From an uncultured bacterium (GTDB lineage: Bacteria; Cyanobacteriota; Vampirovibrionia; Gastranaerophilales; Gastranaerophilaceae), in NCBI GenBank assembly GCA_902776035.1, contig CACYOO010000003.1:31776-95775 (forward strand): a DNA stretch of 64,000 nt, written 5' to 3'. Shown one piece after another: positions 9,860 to 19,245 of this stretch; the stretch's first letter is position 1; the number at the start of each line of letters is the position of its first letter. The notes beneath the pieces are model-generated. The model saw only the letters and a program-made list of their open reading frames with translations. It had not been told where the DNA came from and did no database searches. Made by a program: the position numbers and the translations under genes.

Positions 9860-12028
9860 ATGGATGAAAATAAAGAAAACAATATAAATCAAAAACAGGA
9901 ACAAACGCAAGAAAAACCTAAAAATGTTAATACCGGACTTATTTCATTAGAAATAGTTGCAAGAATGAATAATGTCAATATTGATATGAGAGGCATTGTT
10001 CGTGAATATGGTATATCAACAGCAGATATTTCTCAGGAAGAAATTATGAGAATTGCCAAAGGCAAAGGGTTTAAGGTAAAAAAGAAAAAAATTAAATTGG
10101 CTGACTATCCGGAAAGATACCCGCTTCCTGCAATTATCCAGTTAAAGGATGATTCGTATATTGTTCTTTTGGCTGTAAAACGTGAAGAAGAAAAAGTTTT
10201 AACGCTTACACCGCTTGAAAACCAACCTACAGTTCATAATATTGATGAATTACAAGAACAAATTAAAGATGAAATGCTTGTAATACGTCATAAGATGCTT
10301 AATTCTGATGTTAAATTCGGATTTAAGTGGTTTTTTATTGAAATTTTTAAATATAAAAAAATTATCGGACAAGTTCTTTTGGGTTCTTTTGTTATTCAGT
10401 TATTTGGACTTGTAACACCTTTGTTTACTCAAGTTATTTTGGATAAAGTTCTTGTTAATAGAACAATTTCTACTCTTGATGTTTTGGCATTTGCATTTAT
10501 AGTTGTTGCAATTTTCGAATTAATGCTAAACTTATCAAGAAATTACATCTTTATTCACACTACTAATAAAATTGATGCTAAACTTGGAGCGAAGCTATTT
10601 AAACATTTGTTTAGATTGTATTTTGTATATTTTGAAAACAGACAGGTTGGTAATATTGCCGCAAGGGTTAGAGAACTTGACAGAATCAGAGAGTTTATTA
10701 CAAATAAATCCGTTTCTGTTTTAATTGATGCATTTTTCTCAGTTGTTTTCCTTGCTATAATGTTTGTTTATAGTCCTAAACTTACATTTATTTCACTCGG
10801 ATTTTTAGCTATTATAGCAATTATCTATGTTTTAATTACTCCTGAATTGCGTTTAAGATTAGAAGAAAAATTCCAAATGGGTGCTCATTCAAACTCTTAT
10901 TTGGTTGAATCTATAACAGGTGTTCAGACTGTAAAATCACTTGCAATTGAGGGTTCTATGTTCAAAAAATGGGAGGAAAAACTTGGTAAATATTTAAAAT
11001 CAAGTTTTAACCTTGCCATTATGGGTAATTTTACCGGCTCTATTTGTGGTTTTCTACAAAAAGGTATGACAATAGCTATTTTGTATGTAGGAGTTATGCT
11101 TGTTATAGAAAACAAACTTACAATAGGTCAATTAATTGCCTTTCAAATGTTTTCAGGACAATTCTCTGCTCCTATGCTACGTCTTGTTGGTTTATGGAAT
11201 GAATTTCAGCAAACATTATTGGCTGTTGACCGTATAGGTGATATTTTAAACAGTCCTATTGAAATGCAATCAGGTAATGCTATTACATTAAACCATGTAA
11301 AAGGTGATATTAAAGTTGATAATCTTTCATTTAAATATAATGTTGAAGCACCTTTAGTTCTTAAAAATATTAGTCTGGATATTAGTGCAGGCACTAAAAT
11401 TGGTTTTGTAGGACGAAGCGGAAGCGGAAAGTCTACTATTACTAAGCTTATTCAAAGATTGTATTATCCGACAGAAGGTACTATATATATTGACGGTATT
11501 GATATTAGAAATATTAATCCTGTTTGGTTAAGAACAAATATAGGTATTGTATTACAAGAAAACTTTTTATTCTCTGGTACAATAAAAGATAATATTGCCT
11601 TGCCAAGACCTAATATTCCGATGGAAGGTATAGTTCAAGCCGCTCAAATTGCCGGAGCACATGAGTTTATTTCTAAACTTCCAAAGGGTTATGATACAGA
11701 AGTAGGAGAACGTGGTTCAAGTTTATCAGGAGGTCAAAAACAAAGAATTGCAATTGCAAGAGCTTTAATTTCTAATCCTAGAATTTTAATTTTTGATGAA
11801 GCGACATCTGCTCTTGATTATGAATCAGAAAGAATAATTAGAGATAATATGGCTTTAATATCTAAAGGTAGAACTACAATTATCATTGCTCACAGACTGT
11901 CTACAATAAAGGATTGTGATATGATTGTATGTTTTGATAACGGTAATATTGTTGAAAAAGGTACACATGAAGAACTTCTTCAACACGATGGTTATTACAG
12001 AAAACTTTATATGGCTCAATCAGCTTAA
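9860..12028 (+). CDS. HlyB-family type I secretion ABC transporter with a non-catalytic C39-like domain
   Basis: The N-terminus aligns to the HlyB CLD (NTGLISLEIVARMNNV vs HlyB DYGLYALEILAQYHNV), with no Cys at the catalytic position. KFGFKWFFIEIFKYKK resembles KFDFTWFIPAIIKYRK. Walker A GRSGSGKST, signature LSGGQKQR, Walker B ILIFDEATSALD. Confidence 0.9.
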   Translation: MDENKENNINQKQEQTQEKPKNVNTGLISLEIVARMNNVNIDMRGIVREYGISTADISQEEIMRIAKGKGFKVKKKKIKLADYPERYPLPAIIQLKDDSYIVLLAVKREEEKVLTLTPLENQPTVHNIDELQEQIKDEMLVIRHKMLNSDVKFGFKWFFIEIFKYKKIIGQVLLGSFVIQLFGLVTPLFTQVILDKVLVNRTISTLDVLAFAFIVVAIFELMLNLSRNYIFIHTTNKIDAKLGAKLFKHLFRLYFVYFENRQVGNIAARVRELDRIREFITNKSVSVLIDAFFSVVFLAIMFVYSPKLTFISLGFLAIIAIIYVLITPELRLRLEEKFQMGAHSNSYLVESITGVQTVKSLAIEGSMFKKWEEKLGKYLKSSFNLAIMGNFTGSICGFLQKGMTIAILYVGVMLVIENKLTIGQLIAFQMFSGQFSAPMLRLVGLWNEFQQTLLAVDRIGDILNSPIEMQSGNAITLNHVKGDIKVDNLSFKYNVEAPLVLKNISLDISAGTKIGFVGRSGSGKSTITKLIQRLYYPTEGTIYIDGIDIRNINPVWLRTNIGIVLQENFLFSGTIKDNIALPRPNIPMEGIVQAAQIAGAHEFISKLPKGYDTEVGERGSSLSGGQKQRIAIARALISNPRILIFDEATSALDYESERIIRDNMALISKGRTTIIIAHRLSTIKDCDMIVCFDNGNIVEKGTHEELLQHDGYYRKLYMAQSA

Positions 12029-12043
12029 TTTTATGGGGACAAT

Positions 12044-13087
12044 ATGAATATATTAGAAAAAATAAAAAATATTATAATACCAAAAGAAGATGATGCGCAT
12101 GAATTTAAACCAATTCTTGCAGAAATAGAAGATGAACCTCTAAATCCTATTGGAAATACTGTTTTTTGGCTTATTGTTGCATTTATTGTTATTGCAGCCC
12201 TATGGATGTATTTGGGAAAAGTGGATATAGTAATAACAGCACGTGGTCAAATTATTCCGGGTGGAGAAGAAAAGCTTGTTCAATCATTGGATAAAGGTGT
12301 AGTTAAAACAATTACTGTTCAAGAAGGTGATTTTGTAAATGAGGGACAAATTGTTGCTATAGTTGCTCCTGCAGAACACGAACCGGGATTAGAATTAAAT
12401 AATATCCGAGAAGAAGAAGCAAAAATCATTCAACAATTGGCATCTGACCGTTCAAAATTGACAATTGCCTCTGCAAATAAAAATCGTCTTGAAGCAGTAA
12501 AAGATATTATTCCTCAGGCAAGATATGATGAGGCAGTAAAAGAAACAACAGAACTTACTCATGAAATAGGTGCATTAAGTGCATCTTTGGCAGAAGTAAG
12601 AAACAAAAGAGTTCAATTGGAAAAACAAAAGCAAATAATAAAAGCCCCTATAAGCGGTTATGTAAATACTATCTTTGTACATACAATAGGCGGTGTTGTT
12701 TCACCTGCTGAAAAAATTATGACAATTGTTCCAAAGGATGCTCCGCTTTTAATAAAGGCAAAAGTTTTAAACCAAGATGTCGGCTTTGTTGAACCCGGTA
12801 TGCCCGTTTCTATTAAGGTAGATACATACAACTTCCAAAAATATGGTATATTAAATGGTGAGGTAACTATAGTTTCAGCTAACAGTGTTGAGGATGAACA
12901 TATGGGGCCTGTTTTTGATGTTTATATTGAACCAAAAAATACAACTCTTATGGTTGAGGGTAAAGAACAATCTATAAAATTTGGTATGACAACAACAAAT
13001 GAAATAAAAATTGGTAAACGTCGAATTATTGAATTCTTCATATATCCGTTAATCAAATATATGGACGAAAGTATTAAAGTAAGATAA
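12044..13087 (+). CDS. HlyD-family periplasmic adaptor (short form)
   Basis: EFKPILAEIEDEP + TM + lipoyl-like VKTITVQEGDFVNEGQIVAIV + C-terminal beta-barrel text. 347 aa, with a visibly shortened coiled-coil hairpin. Confidence 0.8.
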   Translation: MNILEKIKNIIIPKEDDAHEFKPILAEIEDEPLNPIGNTVFWLIVAFIVIAALWMYLGKVDIVITARGQIIPGGEEKLVQSLDKGVVKTITVQEGDFVNEGQIVAIVAPAEHEPGLELNNIREEEAKIIQQLASDRSKLTIASANKNRLEAVKDIIPQARYDEAVKETTELTHEIGALSASLAEVRNKRVQLEKQKQIIKAPISGYVNTIFVHTIGGVVSPAEKIMTIVPKDAPLLIKAKVLNQDVGFVEPGMPVSIKVDTYNFQKYGILNGEVTIVSANSVEDEHMGPVFDVYIEPKNTTLMVEGKEQSIKFGMTTTNEIKIGKRRIIEFFIYPLIKYMDESIKVR

Positions 13088-13150
13088 ATTAAAAACTTAC
13101 AGTTTTATTTTTTAGCTATGACGGAATTTTTTGATTTTACAATATAATTT

Positions 13151-13183
13151 CTAATATAATTTTATGTGATAAAATTATATTAG
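13151..13183. repeat. Perfect 15-bp-arm palindrome
   Basis: CTAATATAATTTTAT gtg ATAAAATTATATTAG, lying between the hlyD-like stop and the GT1 start. Confidence 0.7.
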
Positions 13184-13208
13184 ATTATTATGTTTAGAAA
13201 GATTTTGT

Positions 13209-14240
13209 ATGAAAAATTTATTATGGATTGACCACTCTTATCATAAAAAAACTAATTCCAGCAATTTTTTTGCTAAAGAATTTTTGAAAGATTATTTTGT
13301 TATCGATTTCTTTTTTGATGAAAGCTGGAAAAAAGGACAAAAGCCAAATTATTCTTCTATTGATTTTGAAAAATATGATACCGTTATTCTATGGCAAATT
13401 CTACCTGATGATTTCGTTTTGAATAATATTAAAAATAAAAATGTAATCTTTATTCCTATGTATGACGGGGTAAAAGATTGGGGTTTTAAAAAATGGAAAA
13501 AAGTGAAAGATTTTAAAATTCTATGTTTTTCTAAATATCTTTATGATTACTTAAACGGTTATAATTTTGATACTGAATATATAAAATATTATACTAAACC
13601 GCAAGAATACTGCGGAAATTGCAAAAAATCCGTATTCCTTTGGCAGAGAGTTTCTAAAATTAACCTTAATACTGTTAAAAAATTAGTCGGAAATTATGTT
13701 GATAAAATTCATATTCATAAAGTTGCCGATCCTACACATAAAGAACTATCGCTGTCAAAAAATGATATTGAAAAATATAATATTACTTTTACTAATTGGT
13801 TTGATAATCAAGATGAATTTTTGGATGTTATTAAAAATTCGGAAATTTTTATCGCTCCAAGATTTACAGAGGGTATAGGAATGCCGTTGTTGGAAGCAAT
13901 GGCTATGGGTAAAGTCATAATTGCAAATAATGCTCCAACTATGAATGAATATATACAAAATGGGGTTAACGGTTATTTATGTGATTTTAGACATCCTAAA
14001 AAAATAGATTTTTCCGATATTGAACAGGTTAAACAAAACGCTTATAAATCTTCAGTTGAAGGATATGAGAATTTTCTAAATAATAAAAAAAGAGTCATTG
14101 ATTTTATTTTTAAAAATAAAGAAAAAAATACTAATTTGTTTAGTATGGCTTTGAAAAGCTTCTTTTCAGGTATATGCTCCTTTAAATACAAAGATGGAAA
14201 CTACAAGTTATCTCTATTTTTTATTAGCTTTAAATTTTAG
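13209..14240 (+). CDS. Glycosyltransferase family 1 (GT-B fold)
   Basis: C-terminal E-x7-E motif (EGIGMPLLEAMAMGKVIIANN...NGVNGYL). Confidence 0.7.
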   Translation: MKNLLWIDHSYHKKTNSSNFFAKEFLKDYFVIDFFFDESWKKGQKPNYSSIDFEKYDTVILWQILPDDFVLNNIKNKNVIFIPMYDGVKDWGFKKWKKVKDFKILCFSKYLYDYLNGYNFDTEYIKYYTKPQEYCGNCKKSVFLWQRVSKINLNTVKKLVGNYVDKIHIHKVADPTHKELSLSKNDIEKYNITFTNWFDNQDEFLDVIKNSEIFIAPRFTEGIGMPLLEAMAMGKVIIANNAPTMNEYIQNGVNGYLCDFRHPKKIDFSDIEQVKQNAYKSSVEGYENFLNNKKRVIDFIFKNKEKNTNLFSMALKSFFSGICSFKYKDGNYKLSLFFISFKF

Positions 14241-14258
14241 AATTGAGTAAATATATTT

Positions 14259-14789
14259 ATGAAAAAAGATTATGATAAATTTATAAACGACTTTCAAACT
14301 AAATTAGATAAATATTTTGAAGAATATTCAGAGTATATATATTGCCATGAAAATTGTTCCGGATGCTGCGAAACAGGTGAATATCCTTTTTCTCAATTGG
14401 AAATGGCATATTTGATGAAAGGGTTTTTGAAATTACCTCAAGATATAAAAGACATTATAAAAAATAATATAGAAAACCTAAAAAAACAAAAATCCGATTT
14501 TAACGGTGAAAGATTTGAATATACCTGTCCTTTTTTGATTGAAAAAAAATGTTCGGTATACCAAAACAGAGGAATAACCTGTCGTGTACATGGGTTAGCG
14601 TATTTAAGAAAAAATAATACGGTCAATCTCCCTCATTGTGCAAATATAGGTCTTAATTTTTCAACTGTATTTAAAGATGGTATTTTTTCAATTGAACCGA
14701 TAAAAGAAAATTTGAATATAGATGAAGTCCTTAAAAATTTTAAAGATGAAATGGGTGAGATAAGACCGCTTATAAATTGGTTTTTGTAA
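14259..14789 (+). CDS. YkgJ/UPF0153-type Cys-cluster (zinc/iron-chelating) protein
   Basis: CHENCSGCCETGEYPF ... CPFL...CSVYQNRGITCRVHG pattern. Confidence 0.65.
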   Translation: MKKDYDKFINDFQTKLDKYFEEYSEYIYCHENCSGCCETGEYPFSQLEMAYLMKGFLKLPQDIKDIIKNNIENLKKQKSDFNGERFEYTCPFLIEKKCSVYQNRGITCRVHGLAYLRKNNTVNLPHCANIGLNFSTVFKDGIFSIEPIKENLNIDEVLKNFKDEMGEIRPLINWFL

Positions 14790-14872
14790 GTTTATGTGAT
14801 GAATAATAGCTGATAGTTTCAAAAATAAAAATTTAACTATTAAAATATATAAGTTTGTTATAGAATGAAATT

Positions 14873-16267
14873 ATGAGTAAAAAAATTTTGCTTGCATACC
14901 CTAAATCACCACTCATGAACAGAGAAGACAGATGTCAACAACCAATTAAGGATTTATTGGTTATTCCTCCTCTGCCGCCGACAGATTTGATGTATCTTGC
15001 CGCAATTGCCGAACAAGAAGGTTTTGAAGCAAAAATTCAGGATTACAGTATTGGTGGTGATTTTGTCGAAGATTTAAAGGAGTTTAAGCCGGATTATTTA
15101 CTTATAAATGTTACTACTGCTACTATGCAAAGCGATTTGGATTGTTTGAAAATTGCAAAGAAATTTAACCCTAAAATTATTACCATTGCTAAAGGTGCTA
15201 TATTCCTGACTAAAAATTCTGAAATCCTGCTAAAACAAAAACAAATTAATTTTATTATATCAGGAGAACCGGAAGAAACGTTAAAAGAATTATTACATGG
15301 CGAAAAAGCTCCAAAAGATATTTTGGGGCTATGGTATAGAGAAGGGTTTTTAGCAAAGTTTTCAGGTGTAAGACCGTTTATTCAAAATCTGGACGAACTT
15401 CCTTTTCCTGCAAGACACCTTATTGATAATAATTTCTACAGGCGTCCCGATAATAATAAAGTTCAGGCAGTTATAAAAGTTTCCAGAGGGTGTCCGCACC
15501 ATTGCTTTTTTTGTCTCGCTACGCCTGTTAATGGATGTAAAGTAAGAATGCGTTCTCCGAAAAGTATTCTTGCTGAAGTTAAGGAATGTATGACTAAATA
15601 TAAAATTAAAAATTTTATTTTTTGGTCTGATATTTTTAATCACGATAGAGAATGGACAATGAATTTGTGTCAGCAAATAATTGACAGCGGATTAAAATTC
15701 ACTTGGTCTGCTAATACCAGAGCCGATACTGCCGATGAAAAAATGGCAAAATACATGTACAGAGCAGGTTGCCGTCTTGTAAGCATTGGGGTTGAAAGTG
15801 GTTCTCAGTATATTCTTGATAAAATAGGTAAAAATATTACGCTGAATGATGTAAGAGATACCGTAAAGGCATTTAAACGTGCTAAAATTAAAATTTATAA
15901 TTACTTCGTATTGGGTTTGCCGTGGGAAGATGAAGATACTGCCGGTCAAACTATAGATTTCGCTATTGAACTTGATAGTGATTTTGTTAGTTTCTATACT
16001 GCTGCACCTCTACCGGGTACAAGGTTCTACAATTATGTTAGAAATGAATTCCACGAAGAAATAGAAGATTTTACAAATGTGTATTTTAACCCTGCTGTTA
16101 AAACATACTCTCTTTCTAAAGAAAGGGTTTTAGAATTAAATAAAATCGCAATTAAAGCTTTTTATCTAAGACCGGCTTATATTTTTAAAATGTTAACTAA
16201 AATTCGCTCGTTTTATGAAATAAAAAGCTACTTCTTAATGGGATTAAAAATTCTTTTTAGTAAATAA
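14873..16267 (+). CDS. B12-binding-domain radical SAM protein
   Basis: N-terminal cobalamin-binding-like Rossmann region, followed by the radical SAM CPHHCFFC (CxxxCxxC) motif. Confidence 0.8.
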   Translation: MSKKILLAYPKSPLMNREDRCQQPIKDLLVIPPLPPTDLMYLAAIAEQEGFEAKIQDYSIGGDFVEDLKEFKPDYLLINVTTATMQSDLDCLKIAKKFNPKIITIAKGAIFLTKNSEILLKQKQINFIISGEPEETLKELLHGEKAPKDILGLWYREGFLAKFSGVRPFIQNLDELPFPARHLIDNNFYRRPDNNKVQAVIKVSRGCPHHCFFCLATPVNGCKVRMRSPKSILAEVKECMTKYKIKNFIFWSDIFNHDREWTMNLCQQIIDSGLKFTWSANTRADTADEKMAKYMYRAGCRLVSIGVESGSQYILDKIGKNITLNDVRDTVKAFKRAKIKIYNYFVLGLPWEDEDTAGQTIDFAIELDSDFVSFYTAAPLPGTRFYNYVRNEFHEEIEDFTNVYFNPAVKTYSLSKERVLELNKIAIKAFYLRPAYIFKMLTKIRSFYEIKSYFLMGLKILFSK

Positions 16268-16270
16268 AAT

Positions 16271-16801
16271 TTAATTATAAATCTGTTTTAAAACGTATAA
16301 ATCATTTTCGCTTGGCTTTGAAATATTTTTTTTGTGCGGTACATACATTATATCATCAACGTCAATACCGTGTCCTAATCCCAATGAATGTCCAAATTCA
16401 TGCATTATGGCTGAAAAAATACTTGCAGGAGTTACTTGCTTAGGGGAAAAATTATTCGGTAAGCCAATATCTATTGATATTTTTTTTAATGTTCCGTTTA
16501 TTACTGAAATATATTTGCACATACCCTCAAATACTCTGCCAACTTTTGTCCAATGTACTACAATATCTGCATTAATAGGGGTGTTAATTTTATTAAATCT
16601 TATGTTCATATTGTTCTGTGTAAAAAACTCATTCCACATATTCATTGCTCTTTCTATTTCCAGATAATAATATGTTTTGTTGTCTATATTTGCTGTTATG
16701 TTTGTTATAAATACATTAATATTATTCTTTTCCCATTTACATAGTTTTCCGTTAATTTTTGAGGAATTTATATATTGTTCTATATTTGCAGACACTGTCA
16801 T
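16271..16801 (-). CDS. Matrixin-like (M10) metzincin metalloprotease, no signal peptide
   Basis: HEFGHSLGLGH (HExxHxxGxxH) followed by a Met-turn candidate DDIMYV. Confidence 0.75.
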   Translation of the reverse strand: MTVSANIEQYINSSKINGKLCKWEKNNINVFITNITANIDNKTYYYLEIERAMNMWNEFFTQNNMNIRFNKINTPINADIVVHWTKVGRVFEGMCKYISVINGTLKKISIDIGLPNNFSPKQVTPASIFSAIMHEFGHSLGLGHGIDVDDIMYVPHKKNISKPSENDLYVLKQIYN

Positions 16802-16939
16802 ATTTGAAATATAGCATAAATAAATTTGTATTTCATTTGTTATTATATATATTTTGCTTTACTGAAAAATTTATTTGTGAGATTATACTTAAAGTATTGT
16901 GTGTATAAACTAAATGCTTTTGGTAATACAGGATATTTT

Positions 16940-17371
16940 ATGAAGTACGTAAAAGCTTTATTAAAAGGTTTTTGGCTAAATGGTGTTGTAGCATTATTTA
17001 ATGCTATAATTAATTCTTGGGTTATTGTTTTAATAACTCTTATTGTAATAACTTTTTTATGTTCATACGATAAAACTTCAAATATTACTTGGTGGATAAT
17101 AGGTCTTTTTGCATTATATTATGCTATTATGGCAATTATTCTTATTATAATAAATTCAATAAAATTTATAAAAACAGAAGATAATGTTATAAAATTAAAT
17201 TTAATTGAAAAAATTGGCGGATACATTTTTGATTTTTTATTATGCATTTTAGGTCTTTTACAGGTTTTTCGGTACATAAAACACGCATTAAGAGTGAGTA
17301 GCTCTGCATCTTCTGCAGTAAGCTTATTGGATGATATATCTGCGTTAGTTTCTAAATTTTTTAAAAATTAA
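16940..17371 (+). CDS. Small multi-pass membrane protein
   Basis: Three or four hydrophobic helices. I place the start at the MKYVKALL ATG (16940). The C-terminus is ...ALVSKFFKN. Confidence 0.5.
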   Translation: MKYVKALLKGFWLNGVVALFNAIINSWVIVLITLIVITFLCSYDKTSNITWWIIGLFALYYAIMAIILIIINSIKFIKTEDNVIKLNLIEKIGGYIFDFLLCILGLLQVFRYIKHALRVSSSASSAVSLLDDISALVSKFFKN

Positions 17372-17432
17372 TAATATCTTATACCTGAATAATTATTATA
17401 AAAATCTATTTTTATGTTAGAATACAACTACT

Positions 17433-19226
17433 ATGCAGAAATTTCTTTTTAAATTACAAATGTTATGGGTTTTATATTTTAAAGAATTTTGTTCAGATAT
17501 AGTTGAACCTGTTGAAAAACTTATAAATTCAACAAAAACATATATTGTACAACATCCTAAAGAATCTTTATTTGTATTTGTAATTACGTTATTTGCTCTT
17601 ATATTAAGAATTACATCTATTGCATATTACGGTGATTTGTGGCTGGATGAACTTTATTCCTGGTATTTTGCATCAATGAATAATGTATTTACTACTGTTA
17701 CGGAATTGATAAAACAGGATATTCACATGCCGTTTTACTTTATAATTCTGCATTTTTGGATAAAAATTTTTGGCAGTTCCGATATGTCATTGCACTTTTG
17801 CTCTCTTGTGATTTCACTACCGGCTGTACCTATTATTTTTTATGTTGCAAAAAATCTGTTTAATAAATTTTCAGGTTATTCTGCTGCAATATTTTTGGCT
17901 ATAAGTACATTTTGCGTGTATTATTCTGTAGAAGCCAGATTTTATGGGCTGATTATTCCGTTGGCATTACTAGCTGCCTACTTTTTTGTAAGAATGTTAG
18001 AAACATTTGAAAAAAAATATTTTATTTTATTTATTGTTTTTAATTCATTATTAACGTATACATTTGCTTCTGCTGTATTATTGGCTTTTATATATATTTT
18101 AGTTGCTCTTGCATATACATTTTATAACGCAAAATCTCAATTGAAAATTGTTATAAAAAATATGGCAGTATTGTTTGCAATAATATTACCTGCGATAATT
18201 ATTAACATATTTAATCTTATTGCTTTAAAATCTCAAATATGCTCTTTTACAAGAGATATTTACCCTTTTTCATATAGTGTATTATATAATGTGTTAGAAA
18301 ATTATTTTTCAAATAACAACATCTCTTTATTTGGTAATACTGATATAAATTTTAGCTTTATATATTTTGTATTTGTTTGTATACCTATAATACTTGCATT
18401 AATAGCTTTTATAAAGGTGTTTACACGCACTAATACAAAACTGACATTATTTTTACTGCCTTCTTTATTATTTATGTTTTTATATTTATTCCTTGCTGTA
18501 TTTGGTTTGGTAACACTACTTGTAAAATATACAATTTTAGTTTATCCGATTATTATATGCAGTGTTTGTTACGGATTTTCAATGTTTGATAAAAAATGTG
18601 GCTTGGTAATGTTCTCGGTTTTAATACTTTTAAATTACTCTTATCTTTTTATAGCAGATAAAACAGTTTTGGCTGTAAGAAATAATGAATTAGGTAATTT
18701 ACCTCATATATTGAATGATTTAATTAAGGTTAAAGATAATGACTTAATATTGATTCCTTATTCGCAAAAACGTGTAAAAAGGTATATTTCTAAAGGAAAG
18801 TGTATACCATTTAATGCTGATGATATGCTTTTATTGAAAGATGATTATTCTTGGGATAAATATTTGGGGCTAAATTCTATTGATAAAAAAACTATAAGAG
18901 AGTTTTTGCATGGAAATATAATTTATGATAATCCACCTATAAATTTTAGAATTGTCTTAGAAAATCAAAATATTTATAATATGAAGAAAGGCGATAAATT
19001 TATAATAATATCATACAGAGATAGCTTTACTATGCCTTTAATTAAAAATTGGGATATTTTAAAAGATGATAATGTTTATAACAATATCAATATGTTCACT
19101 TTAATGATGTCAAAAGTTTTAAAAGATTGTTTTGCAATTGCAAGTGAAAATTTAACTCCGGAAAAATATTATGTTGATGAAGATGCAAATTACTCAGTTT
19201 ATGTTTATGTAAATGATAAATCATAA
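17433..19226 (+). CDS. GT-C fold membrane glycosyltransferase (ArnT/PMT, GT39/GT83-like)
   Basis: About ten or more TM helices in the N-terminal 400 aa, an early loop motif YGDLWLDELYSWYF, and a soluble C-terminal domain. Confidence 0.55.
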   Translation: MQKFLFKLQMLWVLYFKEFCSDIVEPVEKLINSTKTYIVQHPKESLFVFVITLFALILRITSIAYYGDLWLDELYSWYFASMNNVFTTVTELIKQDIHMPFYFIILHFWIKIFGSSDMSLHFCSLVISLPAVPIIFYVAKNLFNKFSGYSAAIFLAISTFCVYYSVEARFYGLIIPLALLAAYFFVRMLETFEKKYFILFIVFNSLLTYTFASAVLLAFIYILVALAYTFYNAKSQLKIVIKNMAVLFAIILPAIIINIFNLIALKSQICSFTRDIYPFSYSVLYNVLENYFSNNNISLFGNTDINFSFIYFVFVCIPIILALIAFIKVFTRTNTKLTLFLLPSLLFMFLYLFLAVFGLVTLLVKYTILVYPIIICSVCYGFSMFDKKCGLVMFSVLILLNYSYLFIADKTVLAVRNNELGNLPHILNDLIKVKDNDLILIPYSQKRVKRYISKGKCIPFNADDMLLLKDDYSWDKYLGLNSIDKKTIREFLHGNIIYDNPPINFRIVLENQNIYNMKKGDKFIIISYRDSFTMPLIKNWDILKDDNVYNNINMFTLMMSKVLKDCFAIASENLTPEKYYVDEDANYSVYVYVNDKS

Positions 19227-19245
19227 ATATAAACTATTAAACATA

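Noticed and set aside
16826-16939. Long N-terminal extensions given by the ORF track. Examples: 16826, 8178, 20550, 39229, 45306, 50162, 53785, 61504, 61997, 45871.
   Set aside because: These upstream starts are TTG/GTG or lack an RBS. An internal ATG with an SD-like sequence, and a sensible N-terminus by family comparison, is available in each case.
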